A stretch of DNA of 64,000 nucleotides from Candidatus Latescibacterota bacterium. Its GTDB lineage: Bacteria; Latescibacterota; UBA2968. The stretch is taken from contig OZ242320.1 of the NCBI GenBank assembly GCA_965208125.1, positions 1,120,001 through 1,184,000 on the forward strand, written 5' to 3'. Positions 1 through 10,354 of this stretch are shown one piece after another (the first letter of the stretch is position 1; each line of letters starts with the position of its first letter). The position numbers and the translations under genes were made by a program. The notes beneath the pieces were generated by a model. That model was not told where the DNA came from. It did not search any database and saw only the letters and a program-made list of their open reading frames with translations.

Positions 1-399
1 TACTGCCAGGCAACCTCACTCCTGCCCATCGTCAGCGGCGAAACCGACAGCGTTCACGACGCCGTCTTCTCTGAAATCTCCCGCCAGGACCAATTCTGCT
101 ACATGGTGCGCGACAACCGGTGGAAATGGTCCACTCAGGCCCAAAATGAACGCCTGTTCGACCTGCAGAACGACCCGCATGAAATGCAAAACCTGGCCCA
201 GTCGCCCGCACATGCAGACATAGCCCAGCGCCTCCGCAACAGACTACTCACATTTCTCACCGACACGCAACTCAACCACGCCCGCGGGTACAAACCCTTA
301 TTCACCCGCATCGGCATGCAATTCCCAACAGAAGACCCCACAGACAGAAAACGCATCATTCACGACCGCCTGCGGCAAGTTCACAAGCATCAACCTTAA
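1..399 (+). CDS. Sulfatase family protein, C-terminal part (5'-truncated by window edge)
   Basis: Frame is open from base 1 (YCQATSLLPIVSGETDSVHDAVFSE...MVRDNRWKW...ERLFDLQNDPHEMQNLA); the LFDLxxDPxExxNLA motif is typical of sulfatase C-termini. Confidence 0.8.
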   Translation, partial: YCQATSLLPIVSGETDSVHDAVFSEISRQDQFCYMVRDNRWKWSTQAQNERLFDLQNDPHEMQNLAQSPAHADIAQRLRNRLLTFLTDTQLNHARGYKPLFTRIGMQFPTEDPTDRKRIIHDRLRQVHKHQP

Positions 400-407
400 A
401 GACGACC

Positions 408-1604
408 ATGCCTGTAATACTCACCATCAACGCCGGCAGTTCCTCGATTAAATATCAGTGCTTTGACATGCACAGCGAAGAATACCTCGCAAAAGGACAC
501 GTCGAACGGCTACTCTCTGCATCCGCAGAATTGTCTTACACGCGGCGGGATGGCGTCACCCATCGTGTTCCCGTGCCTCAAACCGCTCATGAAGCCGTTT
601 TTCAACGCATCTTTGAAATCCTTCTCCACCCGGAAAAGGGAATCCTCCGCACGCCCGATGAAATCCACGCAGTCGGACATCGCGTTGTACACGGCGGCAG
701 CCACTTCGCGGCCTCGACCCGGATCACGCCCGAAATCGAAAAAACAATCGAACAGTGCGCCTCCCTCGCCCCACTACACAACCCCTTCAACCTGCGCGGA
801 ATTCGCGCCTGCCAGACCATACTACCCGACATCCCACACGTTGCGGTATTCGACACCGCATTCCACCAGACCATCCCGGAATACGCCCACACTTATGCCC
901 TGCCCCACGCGATATCCGAACAGTATAAAATCCGACAATACGGTTTCCACGGCATATCGCATCAATACGTCGCCATGCGTGCAGCGGAAATGCTCGGCTC
1001 GCCCTTGAAAACACTAAAACTGATCACCTGCCATCTGGGCAACGGCTGTAGCATCACCGCTATCGCCGATGGAAAATCAATCGACACCAGCATGGGCTTT
1101 ACACCCCTTCAGGGACTCGTAATGGGAACGCGCAGCGGAGACATTGACCCGGCAATCATCCTCTACCTGATCAGAGAACATCAGATGACGCCGGAGCAAA
1201 TCGACCAGATGCTCAACCATCAAAGCGGCCTCATCGGCGTATCTGGAATTGGATCAGACCTCAGAGATCTAATTGCCGTCCATGAGGAAAATCGGCGTGC
1301 GGCACTTGCAATCGACATCTTCTGCTACCGCATCCGCCAGTACATCGGAAAATACGCGGCGGTACTCGACGGGATAGACGCGCTTGTATTCACCGCAGGA
1401 ATAGGGGAAAACGCGCCACTCATACGGGCGCGCATCTGTGAAAAACTCGGATTCCTGGGCGTACATCTCGATCAGGCAAAAAACGAGGGCAACCCCATGA
1501 ACGAAGCAATTCATCATGAGACCGCCCCAGTATCCGTACTCGTCATCTCAACCAACGAAGAACTGATGATCGCACGAGACACACTACGTGTGATTAAGAG
1601 CTAA
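408..1604 (+). CDS. ackA: Acetate kinase
   Basis: INAGSSSIKY, GHRVVHGG, LAPLHNP, VFDTAFHQT, CHLGNG, DTSMGFTPL, FTAGIGEN and TNEELMIA motifs. Confidence 0.97.
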   Translation: MPVILTINAGSSSIKYQCFDMHSEEYLAKGHVERLLSASAELSYTRRDGVTHRVPVPQTAHEAVFQRIFEILLHPEKGILRTPDEIHAVGHRVVHGGSHFAASTRITPEIEKTIEQCASLAPLHNPFNLRGIRACQTILPDIPHVAVFDTAFHQTIPEYAHTYALPHAISEQYKIRQYGFHGISHQYVAMRAAEMLGSPLKTLKLITCHLGNGCSITAIADGKSIDTSMGFTPLQGLVMGTRSGDIDPAIILYLIREHQMTPEQIDQMLNHQSGLIGVSGIGSDLRDLIAVHEENRRAALAIDIFCYRIRQYIGKYAAVLDGIDALVFTAGIGENAPLIRARICEKLGFLGVHLDQAKNEGNPMNEAIHHETAPVSVLVISTNEELMIARDTLRVIKS

Positions 1605-1811
1605 CACGGCTTCTCCTTTGGGGATTCTGGTATTTGGTCATATCAAAGGATACGCTCCCGAATCACCTGCTGCTATTATGTGAGGCTTCCCTTTCTTATC
1701 CCTATAGAAAAATTAATGATTTGTAATCAGGCAGTCAGTGGTTCGAGTTAGCTGGGCGGCTCCATATTTTACAGTCACTTACGCAGATTTGCACAGGTGG
1801 CTATTTTTACG

Positions 1812-1844
1812 GAGTACAACCGCATAAACGCAAAGGAGGTGTAG
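1812..1844 (+). pseudogene. C-terminal stub of a HigB-type toxin (EYNRINAKEV*)
   Basis: GAG TAC AAC CGC ATA AAC GCA AAG GAG GTG TAG ends 3 nt before the HigA-like ATG and resembles the HigB C-terminal consensus (H.EYD.I.A..V/I*); no intact upstream ORF. Confidence 0.55.
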
Positions 1845-1847
1845 ACA

Positions 1848-3098
1848 ATGGCGAACGTTAACCCAATTCGCACCGAGGAGGACTACGAAGCAGCGCTGGC
1901 TCGGGTCTCTGATCTCATGGATGCCCTGTCCTGCTCCGATAGACAGATCGAAGACGAAAACCATCCTGGAAGAGTTGAGCTCGACGTACTCGTAGACCTC
2001 GTCGAACACTACGAAGACAAGCACTACCCCATCGGCCTTCCCAGCCCGATTGCCGCGATCGAGTTCCACATGGACCAACACGGCCTGGCCCCTCGAGACC
2101 TCATCCCGTTCATTGGGAGCCGCGCCAAGGTCTCCGAGGTCCTCTCCGGTAAACGGGACATCACTATGGCGATGGCACGGGCGCTTCACCAGCACCTGGG
2201 CATATCCGCCGACGTTCTGCTTCAGGAGCCGGGTGCCGCATTCGACACGACGTTCGATCACCTCAATCTACGCCGGTTTCCCCTGAAGGAGATGGCAAAG
2301 CGCGGGTGGATTCGCAACGACCCCAACCTGATGGACAACGCCGAGGAGGTGATCGCTGGCCTGATCGAACGCGCGGTAGGCCCGGCAATCACCGCGGAAT
2401 CCCTGTATCGCAGAAACGACTGCCATCGAGTCAATGCGAAAACGGACGACTACGCCCTGAGGGCCTGGTGCTGGCAGGTGATGGCCACCGCCAACGATCA
2501 TCCGTTGGACGTCACCTACAAGCCCGGCACCGTGACGCGTGACTTCCTCAGGTCTGTCGCTCAGCTCAGCCCGTCCGAAGACGGTCCCAGGCGCGCCAGA
2601 GACTTTCTGGCCAGGCGCGGCATCGTTCTCCAAGTCGTGCCTCACCTGCCCCGCACCCATCTGGACGGTGCGGCACTTCGGCTTGCCAGCGGTAGGCCCG
2701 TCATCGGCCTCACGCTGCGGTACGACCGAATCGACAACTTCTGGTTCTGCCTGCTCCATGAGCTCGCCCATGTCGGTTTGCATCTGGACAGCGACGAGGA
2801 TGTAGCCTTCTTAGACGACCACACCCTGCGAGACATTGAGGACGGTGGTCAGAACCCAAAGGAGAAGGAAGCCGACGAGTGGGCGGAAAATGCTCTGATA
2901 CCGGAAGCCGCCTGGGAGAGCAGCCCGGTCCGCGCAAAACCGACGGCAATGGGCGTCATCAGTTTGGCTCAGAGCCTGCAGGTGCATCCGGCCATCATCG
3001 CCGGTCGGATCCGTCGGGAGCGGAGAAATTACAGATTGTTGTCCCAGTTTGTCGGAACCGGTCAAGTGCGACGGCAGTTCGAGAATCGGGAAAGTTGA
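1848..3098 (+). CDS. HigA-like XRE HTH antitoxin fused to ImmA/IrrE family metallopeptidase
   Basis: N-terminal PIRTEEDYEAAL...VEHYEDKHYPI and HTH (IGSRAKVSEVLSGKR); C-terminal LRYDRIDNFWFCLLHELAH (HExxH) and EKEADEWA. Confidence 0.9.
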   Translation: MANVNPIRTEEDYEAALARVSDLMDALSCSDRQIEDENHPGRVELDVLVDLVEHYEDKHYPIGLPSPIAAIEFHMDQHGLAPRDLIPFIGSRAKVSEVLSGKRDITMAMARALHQHLGISADVLLQEPGAAFDTTFDHLNLRRFPLKEMAKRGWIRNDPNLMDNAEEVIAGLIERAVGPAITAESLYRRNDCHRVNAKTDDYALRAWCWQVMATANDHPLDVTYKPGTVTRDFLRSVAQLSPSEDGPRRARDFLARRGIVLQVVPHLPRTHLDGAALRLASGRPVIGLTLRYDRIDNFWFCLLHELAHVGLHLDSDEDVAFLDDHTLRDIEDGGQNPKEKEADEWAENALIPEAAWESSPVRAKPTAMGVISLAQSLQVHPAIIAGRIRRERRNYRLLSQFVGTGQVRRQFENRES

Positions 3099-3170
3099 GT
3101 CCCCGGTAGGAACATATCATCCATCGGATACGACTCTGAAGCTGGAGGATTGACTCTTTGCAACCAGCCC

Positions 3171-4043
3171 TCAATCCGCGAGCAGTCCGCGCAGATACCT
3201 GGCCGCCAGGCCGATCGCTTCGGCATAATCGCAACGGTTGTTGCGGTCTTCAAAGATAATCGACACATTGCCATTGTAGTTGACGGCTTTCAGGATCGGC
3301 ACAATGCGCTCGTAGTCGAGCCATTCTTCCCGGCCACTGTCGATTTTATAGATCTTGGCACGCACGCAGGTAGCATATGGGGCGGTTTGTTCCATGTAGC
3401 GGTAAAACGCCAGACCGGGATCGAATTTCCCCGCCAGATTTGATCCGGGTGAGCCGAACCACTGACCAGTGTCCAGTATGAAGGTAAAATTCTCGCGGTC
3501 GGTATCGTGCAGGATGCGGAGGATGTCGTCACCGGTGGGAGCCACGGCGGGCGGATGGTTGTGGAGACCCAGGTAGATGCCCTTATCGATCGCGTAATCG
3601 GCGACTTCCTGGAAACTGCGGATCATCGCGGACCAGAGCGCTTCTCGGTCCTCTGTCCCCTCTGGCAGGCCACCCCCGAACAGGCGAACCAGAGGCGCAC
3701 CCATAAATGCCGCCACATCCACGGCCTCTTTCGCCTCTGCCACCCGCCTGCGCAGTTCCTCCGGCAGCAGAGGAATGCCGACCACGCGCTGGTCTGCGCT
3801 GGTCGCCGCGCCCACGAACCCATCTCCGGTTCCCACATAGCCGATCGGCAGCCCGTACCTCAGGCACTTTCCCTTAATCTGGCGCAGGTACTCAAAACTC
3901 CTGGAACGGAACCCCCTGTAGAGGTGCAAATCGACAATGTCCAGCCTCAGGTCGTGGATCAGGTCGATCAGGGATTCGACATCGATGAAATGCCCGGGAT
4001 TCTCTTCGTCCCGCAGCATGGCGGTGCAACCGAGTTTGATCAT
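3171..4043 (-). CDS. Sugar phosphate isomerase/epimerase (xylose isomerase-like TIM barrel)
   Basis: APLVRLFGG, LGLHNH, ILDTGQW, RAKIY and SIIFE motifs; start moved to MIKLG (4043) because the ORF-track extension overlaps the upstream gene. Confidence 0.8.
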   Translation of the reverse strand: MIKLGCTAMLRDEENPGHFIDVESLIDLIHDLRLDIVDLHLYRGFRSRSFEYLRQIKGKCLRYGLPIGYVGTGDGFVGAATSADQRVVGIPLLPEELRRRVAEAKEAVDVAAFMGAPLVRLFGGGLPEGTEDREALWSAMIRSFQEVADYAIDKGIYLGLHNHPPAVAPTGDDILRILHDTDRENFTFILDTGQWFGSPGSNLAGKFDPGLAFYRYMEQTAPYATCVRAKIYKIDSGREEWLDYERIVPILKAVNYNGNVSIIFEDRNNRCDYAEAIGLAARYLRGLLAD

Positions 4044-4090
4044 GGGATCCATCCGTGTGGGGCGGATCAATGGGCCGTGCGCAGAGCTTC

Positions 4091-4954
4091 TCAATCCACC
4101 GGGATGCGGTAGGAACTGCGACTGATATTCTCGTGGTCGGATGAACGGGCAACCCTGAGCGCGTGCTCGGTCAGCGGAAGGAAGGAATGGGTTTCGGCGT
4201 GCAGGGAGATGAAGCCCTCTGCGTACGCGCAACGCCCCGCGCTGCCGAATGCGCCGTCGCTGGTCTCGATCCGTTTTCGGGCATAGGCACCGCCGTATCC
4301 CTGGCTCACCAGACAGTCCAACGCCGCCAGCTTTTTCTCCACAACATCGGTGATATCGATAAAGACATCGTTGTAGTAGCCCCCCTCGGAATCCCAGACC
4401 TGCCGGGGAATCCCCGCACCGCCGCCTCCAAAATAAAAGACCTGCGCGACCCGGTGGGGGGGATTTCGATCACCGGGGTCAACGCTGTTGGCCAGCCCAA
4501 TGGCGTGCATAACGATCTGCCCGGCGGTGGCGTGCGCGTTGGTCAGGCCGTCACCTTCCTTGGGGAAGTGGGTCAGGACGATATCGGGACGGATCTCCCG
4601 CAGCAGTCTTGCCAGGCGCCTCACCGTCTCGTCCTTGACCAGCAGAACCGAATCATCGGCGCCGAAAAAGTAGATCTCTTCCACACCCAGAATCGCACAG
4701 GCCGCGCGAACCTCTGCCGCTTTGACATCGGAGCGTTCTTGCATCAGCTTCAGAAGCTCGGCCCCGTCCGGCACCTCCTCACGGTGAAACATCCCGTCGC
4801 TAATCACGGCATCGTGTACCCGTGCGCCGTGGGTCAGCACCACACACCGCACATCGTCGCCGCGGCTGACGTGATGGGCCATAGTGCCGCCCGATTGGTC
4901 GAAAATATCGGCCGGATGCGCCCCGATGGAGAGCAGGCGTAGAGATTCTGTCAT
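4091..4954 (-). CDS. PIG-L family protein (deacetylase or GalB-like hydratase)
   Basis: SIGAHPAD...SGGT, LTHG, IRPDIVLTH, FIDITDVVEKKLAAL...SQ and YAEGF motifs. Confidence 0.85.
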   Translation of the reverse strand: MTESLRLLSIGAHPADIFDQSGGTMAHHVSRGDDVRCVVLTHGARVHDAVISDGMFHREEVPDGAELLKLMQERSDVKAAEVRAACAILGVEEIYFFGADDSVLLVKDETVRRLARLLREIRPDIVLTHFPKEGDGLTNAHATAGQIVMHAIGLANSVDPGDRNPPHRVAQVFYFGGGGAGIPRQVWDSEGGYYNDVFIDITDVVEKKLAALDCLVSQGYGGAYARKRIETSDGAFGSAGRCAYAEGFISLHAETHSFLPLTEHALRVARSSDHENISRSSYRIPVD

Positions 4955-5733
4955 TCTTCAGTCCTCCCACCTGGATTGGCGCGTAAGGTCTCCAGATTGT
5001 GGGTCAGGACCTGCGTGCCATAAGCGAGAATATTGCCGACATTCATAAAGCGGTAGCCCCAGCGAAGTTTTTCCTGGATCTCGGAGAGATCCACAAGCGT
5101 GGTACCGGCGACAATGCCAGACCCTTCCAGCCGCCCGGGAACATCCCGCATAATCTCCTGAACTTCCCTGGCGCTGGTTTCGGTGATCTTTCCGACCGAT
5201 GCAGACAGGTCGAGCGGCCCCACGAGCAGGACGTCAATGCCTGCGACCTGCTTGATCTCGTCGATATTGTCATAAGCCTCCTGGCTCTCGACCTGGAGGA
5301 TCAATACAGTTTCTGCATTTGCGGTTTTGATGACGTGGTTCCAGTCTTCGCCAGCTATACGGGTCCACATGGGGGAAAGCCCGCGCTGTCCTTCAGGGGG
5401 GTAACGGGCATATTGCACTGCCCGGGCGGCTTCTTCGGCGGTGTTGACCTGGGGCACCATCACGGCCACAGCACCGACATCAAAAGCCTTCTTAATCAGT
5501 GCCGGGTCGTTCCAGGCAACGCGGATCATCGGCGCCACGCCGCTCTGCCTGGCAAGGACGGGGATGGCGTCCAGAGATTCGGTGGCGAACGGGGCGTGTT
5601 CCGTATCGATCCAGACAAAGTCTGGCCGGGCCTGCACGATGGTTCCAAGGACGAGGGATGAGGGGACCGGCAGGGAGGTCCCCAGCACGATTTCGCCCTT
5701 TCTGAGTTTCTGTTTGAGCGGATTGGGATACAT
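4951..5733 (-). CDS. HpcH/HpaI aldolase family protein
   Basis: FVWIDTEH, PMIRV, VMVPQV, RYPPEGQRG, QVES and VGPLDLSAS motifs. Confidence 0.93.
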   Translation of the reverse strand: MYPNPLKQKLRKGEIVLGTSLPVPSSLVLGTIVQARPDFVWIDTEHAPFATESLDAIPVLARQSGVAPMIRVAWNDPALIKKAFDVGAVAVMVPQVNTAEEAARAVQYARYPPEGQRGLSPMWTRIAGEDWNHVIKTANAETVLILQVESQEAYDNIDEIKQVAGIDVLLVGPLDLSASVGKITETSAREVQEIMRDVPGRLEGSGIVAGTTLVDLSEIQEKLRWGYRFMNVGNILAYGTQVLTHNLETLRANPGGRTEE

Positions 5734-5742
5734 TTGTTCTCC

Positions 5743-6582
5743 TTACTTGCGTTCCCATCGACTGGGGTTGATGCCAGGCGCGTGACTGGCCATGTTGGAT
5801 GGTTTGTTGCCCCCTTCGGGGATCCAGTGGCGGGTGTTGCGGTCGCCGAAAAAGGGCCTCACGGCATCGGGCAGTGCGGCAACGGCCTGCGGATCCCACC
5901 CTTCAACTTTCTGGACAGGACCTGCCCAGGCCGGGCGATAAGCAATAGCCAGCATCGAGCGGGACCAGTCGCCGACATTGGGGAAGTTGCCGTAGAAGAC
6001 CTTGTGGTTGATAAACATCGCAGAACCGGCTTTTGCGGGAACCATGACCTCCTCTGGATGGGACTCAAAGCGCTGGTAGGGATTGCCGTCTGCGTGCATG
6101 GAAAGGTGCGATCGGGGAATTACGCGGAATGGGGAGACCTCCGGGGTCAGGTCGTCCAGATAATACAGCACCCGGACCATGACCGGTACGCTACCCAGAT
6201 AACCAAAGATGCGCGAACCGTAGGGTTGGCCGTCCGTATGGAGACTGATACCGGGGTGCCCTGGCTCTGAGCGGGCATAGCCATAGTGCGACAGGATGAT
6301 ATCCTCCCCCAGGAGTTCCCTCAGAAAGGCGATTGTCGGGGGATGGGCGATAAGGTCAGTGATCTCACCGCCGAAGAACTGGATGTCACTCCGCCCCCTC
6401 TGGTGAATACTGTAATCCACCGGAGTGGTTTCCAGACTGTCGGTTATCCCCTTGAGCCGGGCCAGATGCTCGGGCATCAACAGATCGGGGATCAGAAGAT
6501 AGCCCTCGACCTCAATCTGGCGAATGCGCTCGCCCGAAGTCAAGGCGGACCAGTCGCGGTCATCGATACGTGGAGCAGACAT
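5743..6582 (-). CDS. Phytanoyl-CoA dioxygenase (PhyH) family Fe(II)/2OG dioxygenase
   Basis: EGYLLIPD, LHTD (HxD), YYLDDLT...FRVIPRSH and AKAGSA motifs; GGAGG RBS upstream. Confidence 0.88.
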   Translation of the reverse strand: MSAPRIDDRDWSALTSGERIRQIEVEGYLLIPDLLMPEHLARLKGITDSLETTPVDYSIHQRGRSDIQFFGGEITDLIAHPPTIAFLRELLGEDIILSHYGYARSEPGHPGISLHTDGQPYGSRIFGYLGSVPVMVRVLYYLDDLTPEVSPFRVIPRSHLSMHADGNPYQRFESHPEEVMVPAKAGSAMFINHKVFYGNFPNVGDWSRSMLAIAYRPAWAGPVQKVEGWDPQAVAALPDAVRPFFGDRNTRHWIPEGGNKPSNMASHAPGINPSRWERK

Positions 6583-6758
6583 ATTGCCTCCCTTGTGGTT
6601 TCCGAGAAAACAATATAAGATCTGTACTGCTTTCTACAAGCGGAATATGTTCCATGTGGTTCATCTCTCAACCTATTCGCAATTTTTTGCCTTGTTCTTT
6701 ATCTATTTATAGTATAATTATATCCCAATAAAATTCCTCAACATAAACGGAGCATCAC

Positions 6759-7847
6759 ATGATAGACAAAACCCACCTCTTTGAAGGTCGAACAAACGGG
6801 TATCACATCTACCGCGTACCGGGCATCCTCTGCACGCAAAACAACATCCTCCTCGCCACGGCAGAAGCGCGACGCGGCAGAGGCGGCGACTGGGATGGCA
6901 ACGACGTGCTTATGAGGCGCAGTGCAGACGGCGGTCAAACCTGGGACTCGCCCACCGTCGTCGCCCGTTGCGACACATATGGCGAAGGTCCCATCAGCAA
7001 CTTCGTCATGATCTCCGACCGCAAAGACGGCGCAGCACACGCCCTCTATTGTCACAACTACGCCCGCGTCTTCTACATGCAAAGCAAAGACGACGGCGCC
7101 ACATGGTCCGACCCCACCGAAATCACAGATGTACTCACACCCTTCCGCGAACAATATCCCTGGCGCGTCATCGCCACTGGACCCGGGCACGGCATACAAC
7201 TTCAAAACGGACGCCTCATCGTACCCATCTGGATGTCGGACGGCGGCGGCACGGAATTTGGCCCGGGCAAACTCGGGCATCGCCCCTCCACAGTCGCGGG
7301 CATCTACAGCGACGACCACGCGCAAACATGGCAGCGCAGTGACATTATCGTACGCACAGAAGGCGAATACATCAACCCCAGCGAAACACTCCCCGTTGCA
7401 CTCAACGACGGACGCGTCTTATTCAACATCCGCACGGAATCCAAACGCCATCGCCGCCTCATCACCACCAGTCCCGATGGCGCAACCAACTGGTCAGAGC
7501 TAAAATTTGACGACGCCCTGCTCGAACCCGTGTGCATGGGCAGCATCCTCAAACTCCAAAATGGCAACATCATTTTTGCCAACCCCGACAACCTCGAACG
7601 CGAATTTACCAGACCGGGCCGCGTCTCTTATGACCGCAAACGCCTCACCGTCAAAATGAGCACCGACGACTGCCAGACCTGGCCCGTCTCCAAAATCCTC
7701 GAACCGGGACCCTCGAGTTATTCAGATCTCGCCCAAACAGCCGACGGCACAATATGCTGCATATACGAAAACCAGGTCTTCACGCGACAGAACGACACGC
7801 GATACGTCACCGTCGCCCGCTTTGACCTCGAATGGCTGGAACAATAA
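6759..7847 (+). CDS. Exo-alpha-sialidase-like protein (GH33/BNR repeats)
   Basis: YRVP motif, five Asp-boxes (SADGGQTW, SKDDGATW, SDDHAQTW, SPDGATNW, STDDCQTW), C-terminal YSDL...YE. Confidence 0.9.
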   Translation: MIDKTHLFEGRTNGYHIYRVPGILCTQNNILLATAEARRGRGGDWDGNDVLMRRSADGGQTWDSPTVVARCDTYGEGPISNFVMISDRKDGAAHALYCHNYARVFYMQSKDDGATWSDPTEITDVLTPFREQYPWRVIATGPGHGIQLQNGRLIVPIWMSDGGGTEFGPGKLGHRPSTVAGIYSDDHAQTWQRSDIIVRTEGEYINPSETLPVALNDGRVLFNIRTESKRHRRLITTSPDGATNWSELKFDDALLEPVCMGSILKLQNGNIIFANPDNLEREFTRPGRVSYDRKRLTVKMSTDDCQTWPVSKILEPGPSSYSDLAQTADGTICCIYENQVFTRQNDTRYVTVARFDLEWLEQ

Positions 7848-7868
7848 AGCCAAAAAAGAAAGGGAAAA

Positions 7869-9488
7869 ATGGACACCTACGAACACCGCGAAATGATACC
7901 CCTCGGAGAGGACGAAACCCCCTACCAATTGCTCACAACCGATTATATATCAACGGGGCAATTTGAAGGCCAGGAAATCCTCAAAGTCGAACCCGAGGGC
8001 CTGACCATGCTGGCGGACCGCGCCATACGAGACAGCGCGCACCTGCTTCGCCCTGCACACCTGAAACAACTGACCAAAATACTCGACGACCCCGAAGCCT
8101 CAGACAACGACCGCTTTGTCGCCATTGAAATGCTCAAAAATGCCAACATCGCCGCAGGCGGCGTCCTCCCCATGTGTCAGGACACGGGCACAGCCATCAT
8201 CATGGGCAAAAAAGGCAATCGCGTGTGGACCGACGGCAGCGACGAAGCCGCGCTCGCACACGGCATAACCAGAGCCTTTCTGGAAACGAACTTGCGCTAC
8301 AGCCAACTGGCGCCACTCGACATGTTCCAGGAGGCAAATACAAAAACCAACCTGCCCGCCCAAATCGAAATCTATGCCGAGCAAGGAGAAACGTACAAAT
8401 TCATGTTCATGGCCAAAGGCGGCGGATCCGCCAACAAAAGCCTGCTCTATCAAGAAACCAGAGCGCTACTCAACCCCGAACGCCTGCGCGACTTCATCGA
8501 CCAGCGCCTGCGCGAACTCGGCACAGCCGCCTGCCCGCCCTATCACCTCGCCCTCGTCATTGGCGGCACATCCGCAGAATACACCCTCAAAACCGCCAAA
8601 CTCGCGAGTGCCAAATATCTCGACACCCTGCCCACGCAAGGCAATGAATACGGCCAGGCTTTCCGCGACCTCGAAATGGAAAAACAAGTCCTCGAAATGA
8701 GTCACGAACTCGGCATTGGCGCGCAATTTGGCGGCAAATACTTCTGCCACGATGTACGCGTTATTCGCCTACCCCGACACGGCGCATCCTGCCCCGTCGG
8801 CATTGCCGTATCCTGCTCTGCCGACCGGCAAATCCTGGGAAAAATAACGCGCGATGGCATCTTCCTCGAAGAATTGGAAAGCGACCCGGCAAAATACCTC
8901 CCCGAAGTCGATGAAGAAGCCCTCAGCGGCGACGTCGTAAAAATCGACCTCAACAAGCCCATGGACAAAGTGCGCGAAACCCTCAGCAAATATCCGGTCA
9001 GCACGCGCTTATCCCTCTCCGGCCCCATGATCGTCGCACGCGATATTGCCCACGCCAAACTCCAGGAGCGCATAGACAGCGGCGAGGGGCTTCCGCAATA
9101 CTTCAAAGACCTGTGCGTCTATTACGCGGGACCGGCCAAAACACCCGAAGGATACGCCTCCGGTTCATTTGGTCCCACAACCGCAGGGCGCATGGACAGC
9201 TATGTCGATTCATTCCAATCAGAAGGCGGCAGCATGATCATGCTCGCCAAAGGCAATCGCTCGCGGCAAGTAACAGAAGCGTGCAAAAAACACGGCGGAT
9301 TTTACCTCGGCTCCATCGGCGGTCCCGCTGCCCGCCTCGCCAAAGACGCCATACGCAAAGTCGAATGCCAGGAATATCCCGAACTCGGCATGGAAGCAAT
9401 CTGGCGCATCGAAGTCGAAAACTTCCCCGCATTCATCGTTGTTGACGACAAAGGCAACGACTTTTTTTCGGGCTTTATGCGCCCATAG
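7869..9488 (+). CDS. fumA: Class I (Fe-S) fumarate hydratase
   Basis: [32 protein letters not shown] and GPTTAGRMD motifs. Confidence 0.96.
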   Translation: MDTYEHREMIPLGEDETPYQLLTTDYISTGQFEGQEILKVEPEGLTMLADRAIRDSAHLLRPAHLKQLTKILDDPEASDNDRFVAIEMLKNANIAAGGVLPMCQDTGTAIIMGKKGNRVWTDGSDEAALAHGITRAFLETNLRYSQLAPLDMFQEANTKTNLPAQIEIYAEQGETYKFMFMAKGGGSANKSLLYQETRALLNPERLRDFIDQRLRELGTAACPPYHLALVIGGTSAEYTLKTAKLASAKYLDTLPTQGNEYGQAFRDLEMEKQVLEMSHELGIGAQFGGKYFCHDVRVIRLPRHGASCPVGIAVSCSADRQILGKITRDGIFLEELESDPAKYLPEVDEEALSGDVVKIDLNKPMDKVRETLSKYPVSTRLSLSGPMIVARDIAHAKLQERIDSGEGLPQYFKDLCVYYAGPAKTPEGYASGSFGPTTAGRMDSYVDSFQSEGGSMIMLAKGNRSRQVTEACKKHGGFYLGSIGGPAARLAKDAIRKVECQEYPELGMEAIWRIEVENFPAFIVVDDKGNDFFSGFMRP

Positions 9489-9499
9489 AGGAGCAACAC

Positions 9500-10312
9500 A
9501 TGCGATACGCAAACATAGGCGACGTCAGCGTCTCGGGCCTCTGTATTGGCGGCAACCCGTTCAGCGGATTTTCGCACCAGACCAGAGAACGCAGCAAAGA
9601 AATGACCGATTATTACACCCCCAGCCGCATCAAAGACACCTGGCGACAGGCCGAAGAACTCGGCATCAACACCTTCTTTGGGCGCACCGACGACCACATC
9701 ATGGGCCTCCTCGAAGAATACTGGGATGAAGGCGGTAGTATCCAGTGGTTCGCGCAAGTATGCATTGAACGCGGCAACCCCGACGCCTGGCGCAAATGGC
9801 TCTGCGCATCCATCGAACTGGGCGCAAGCGGCACCTATATCCACGGCGGCGTGGTCGATAACTGGTACGCCACAGAACAGTGGGACAATTTTTACGAAGC
9901 ACTCGACACCATGTCCAAAGCGGGTGTCGCATCTGGATTTGCAGCCCATCAACCCGCGGCACACGAATGGGTGCGCGACAACCTCGATCCCGATTTTCAG
10001 ATGTGCAGCTATTACAACCCCACGGACCGCTCTCGTAGCGCGCACCACAGTGACGAAGGCGAAAAATGGGACGAAGAAGACCGCGCCAAAATGCTCGACG
10101 TCATCGCCACCATCCCCTGCCCTGTCGTACACTACAAAGTCTTCGCAGGCGGCAACAAACCCATCCTCGAAGCCTTTGAAACCATGGGCAAAGCTATGCG
10201 CGAAAACGACGTGGCCCTCGTCGGCTTCTTCCTCAAAGACAACCCCGACATGATGCGAGAAGACATCGCGCTCTTTGAGGAATACGTCGAGGGCGTCGCC
10301 GTGCTTGCGTAG
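9500..10312 (+). CDS. Uncharacterised aldo/keto-reductase-like TIM barrel protein
   Basis: AKR-like N-terminus MRYANIG..VSGLCIGGNPF and HYKVFAGG; GAGGAG RBS; host-like codon usage. Confidence 0.65.
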   Translation: MRYANIGDVSVSGLCIGGNPFSGFSHQTRERSKEMTDYYTPSRIKDTWRQAEELGINTFFGRTDDHIMGLLEEYWDEGGSIQWFAQVCIERGNPDAWRKWLCASIELGASGTYIHGGVVDNWYATEQWDNFYEALDTMSKAGVASGFAAHQPAAHEWVRDNLDPDFQMCSYYNPTDRSRSAHHSDEGEKWDEEDRAKMLDVIATIPCPVVHYKVFAGGNKPILEAFETMGKAMRENDVALVGFFLKDNPDMMREDIALFEEYVEGVAVLA

Positions 10313-10354
10313 GGACAGTTATTCCGAAACAGTAAATTTCTCAGGAGAACTACC

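Noticed and set aside
4044-4232. N-terminal ORF extensions here and at 16593, 23694, 33770, 43336, 48907 and 59097
   Set aside because: They overlap neighbours or lack RBS and family similarity; downstream starts fit better
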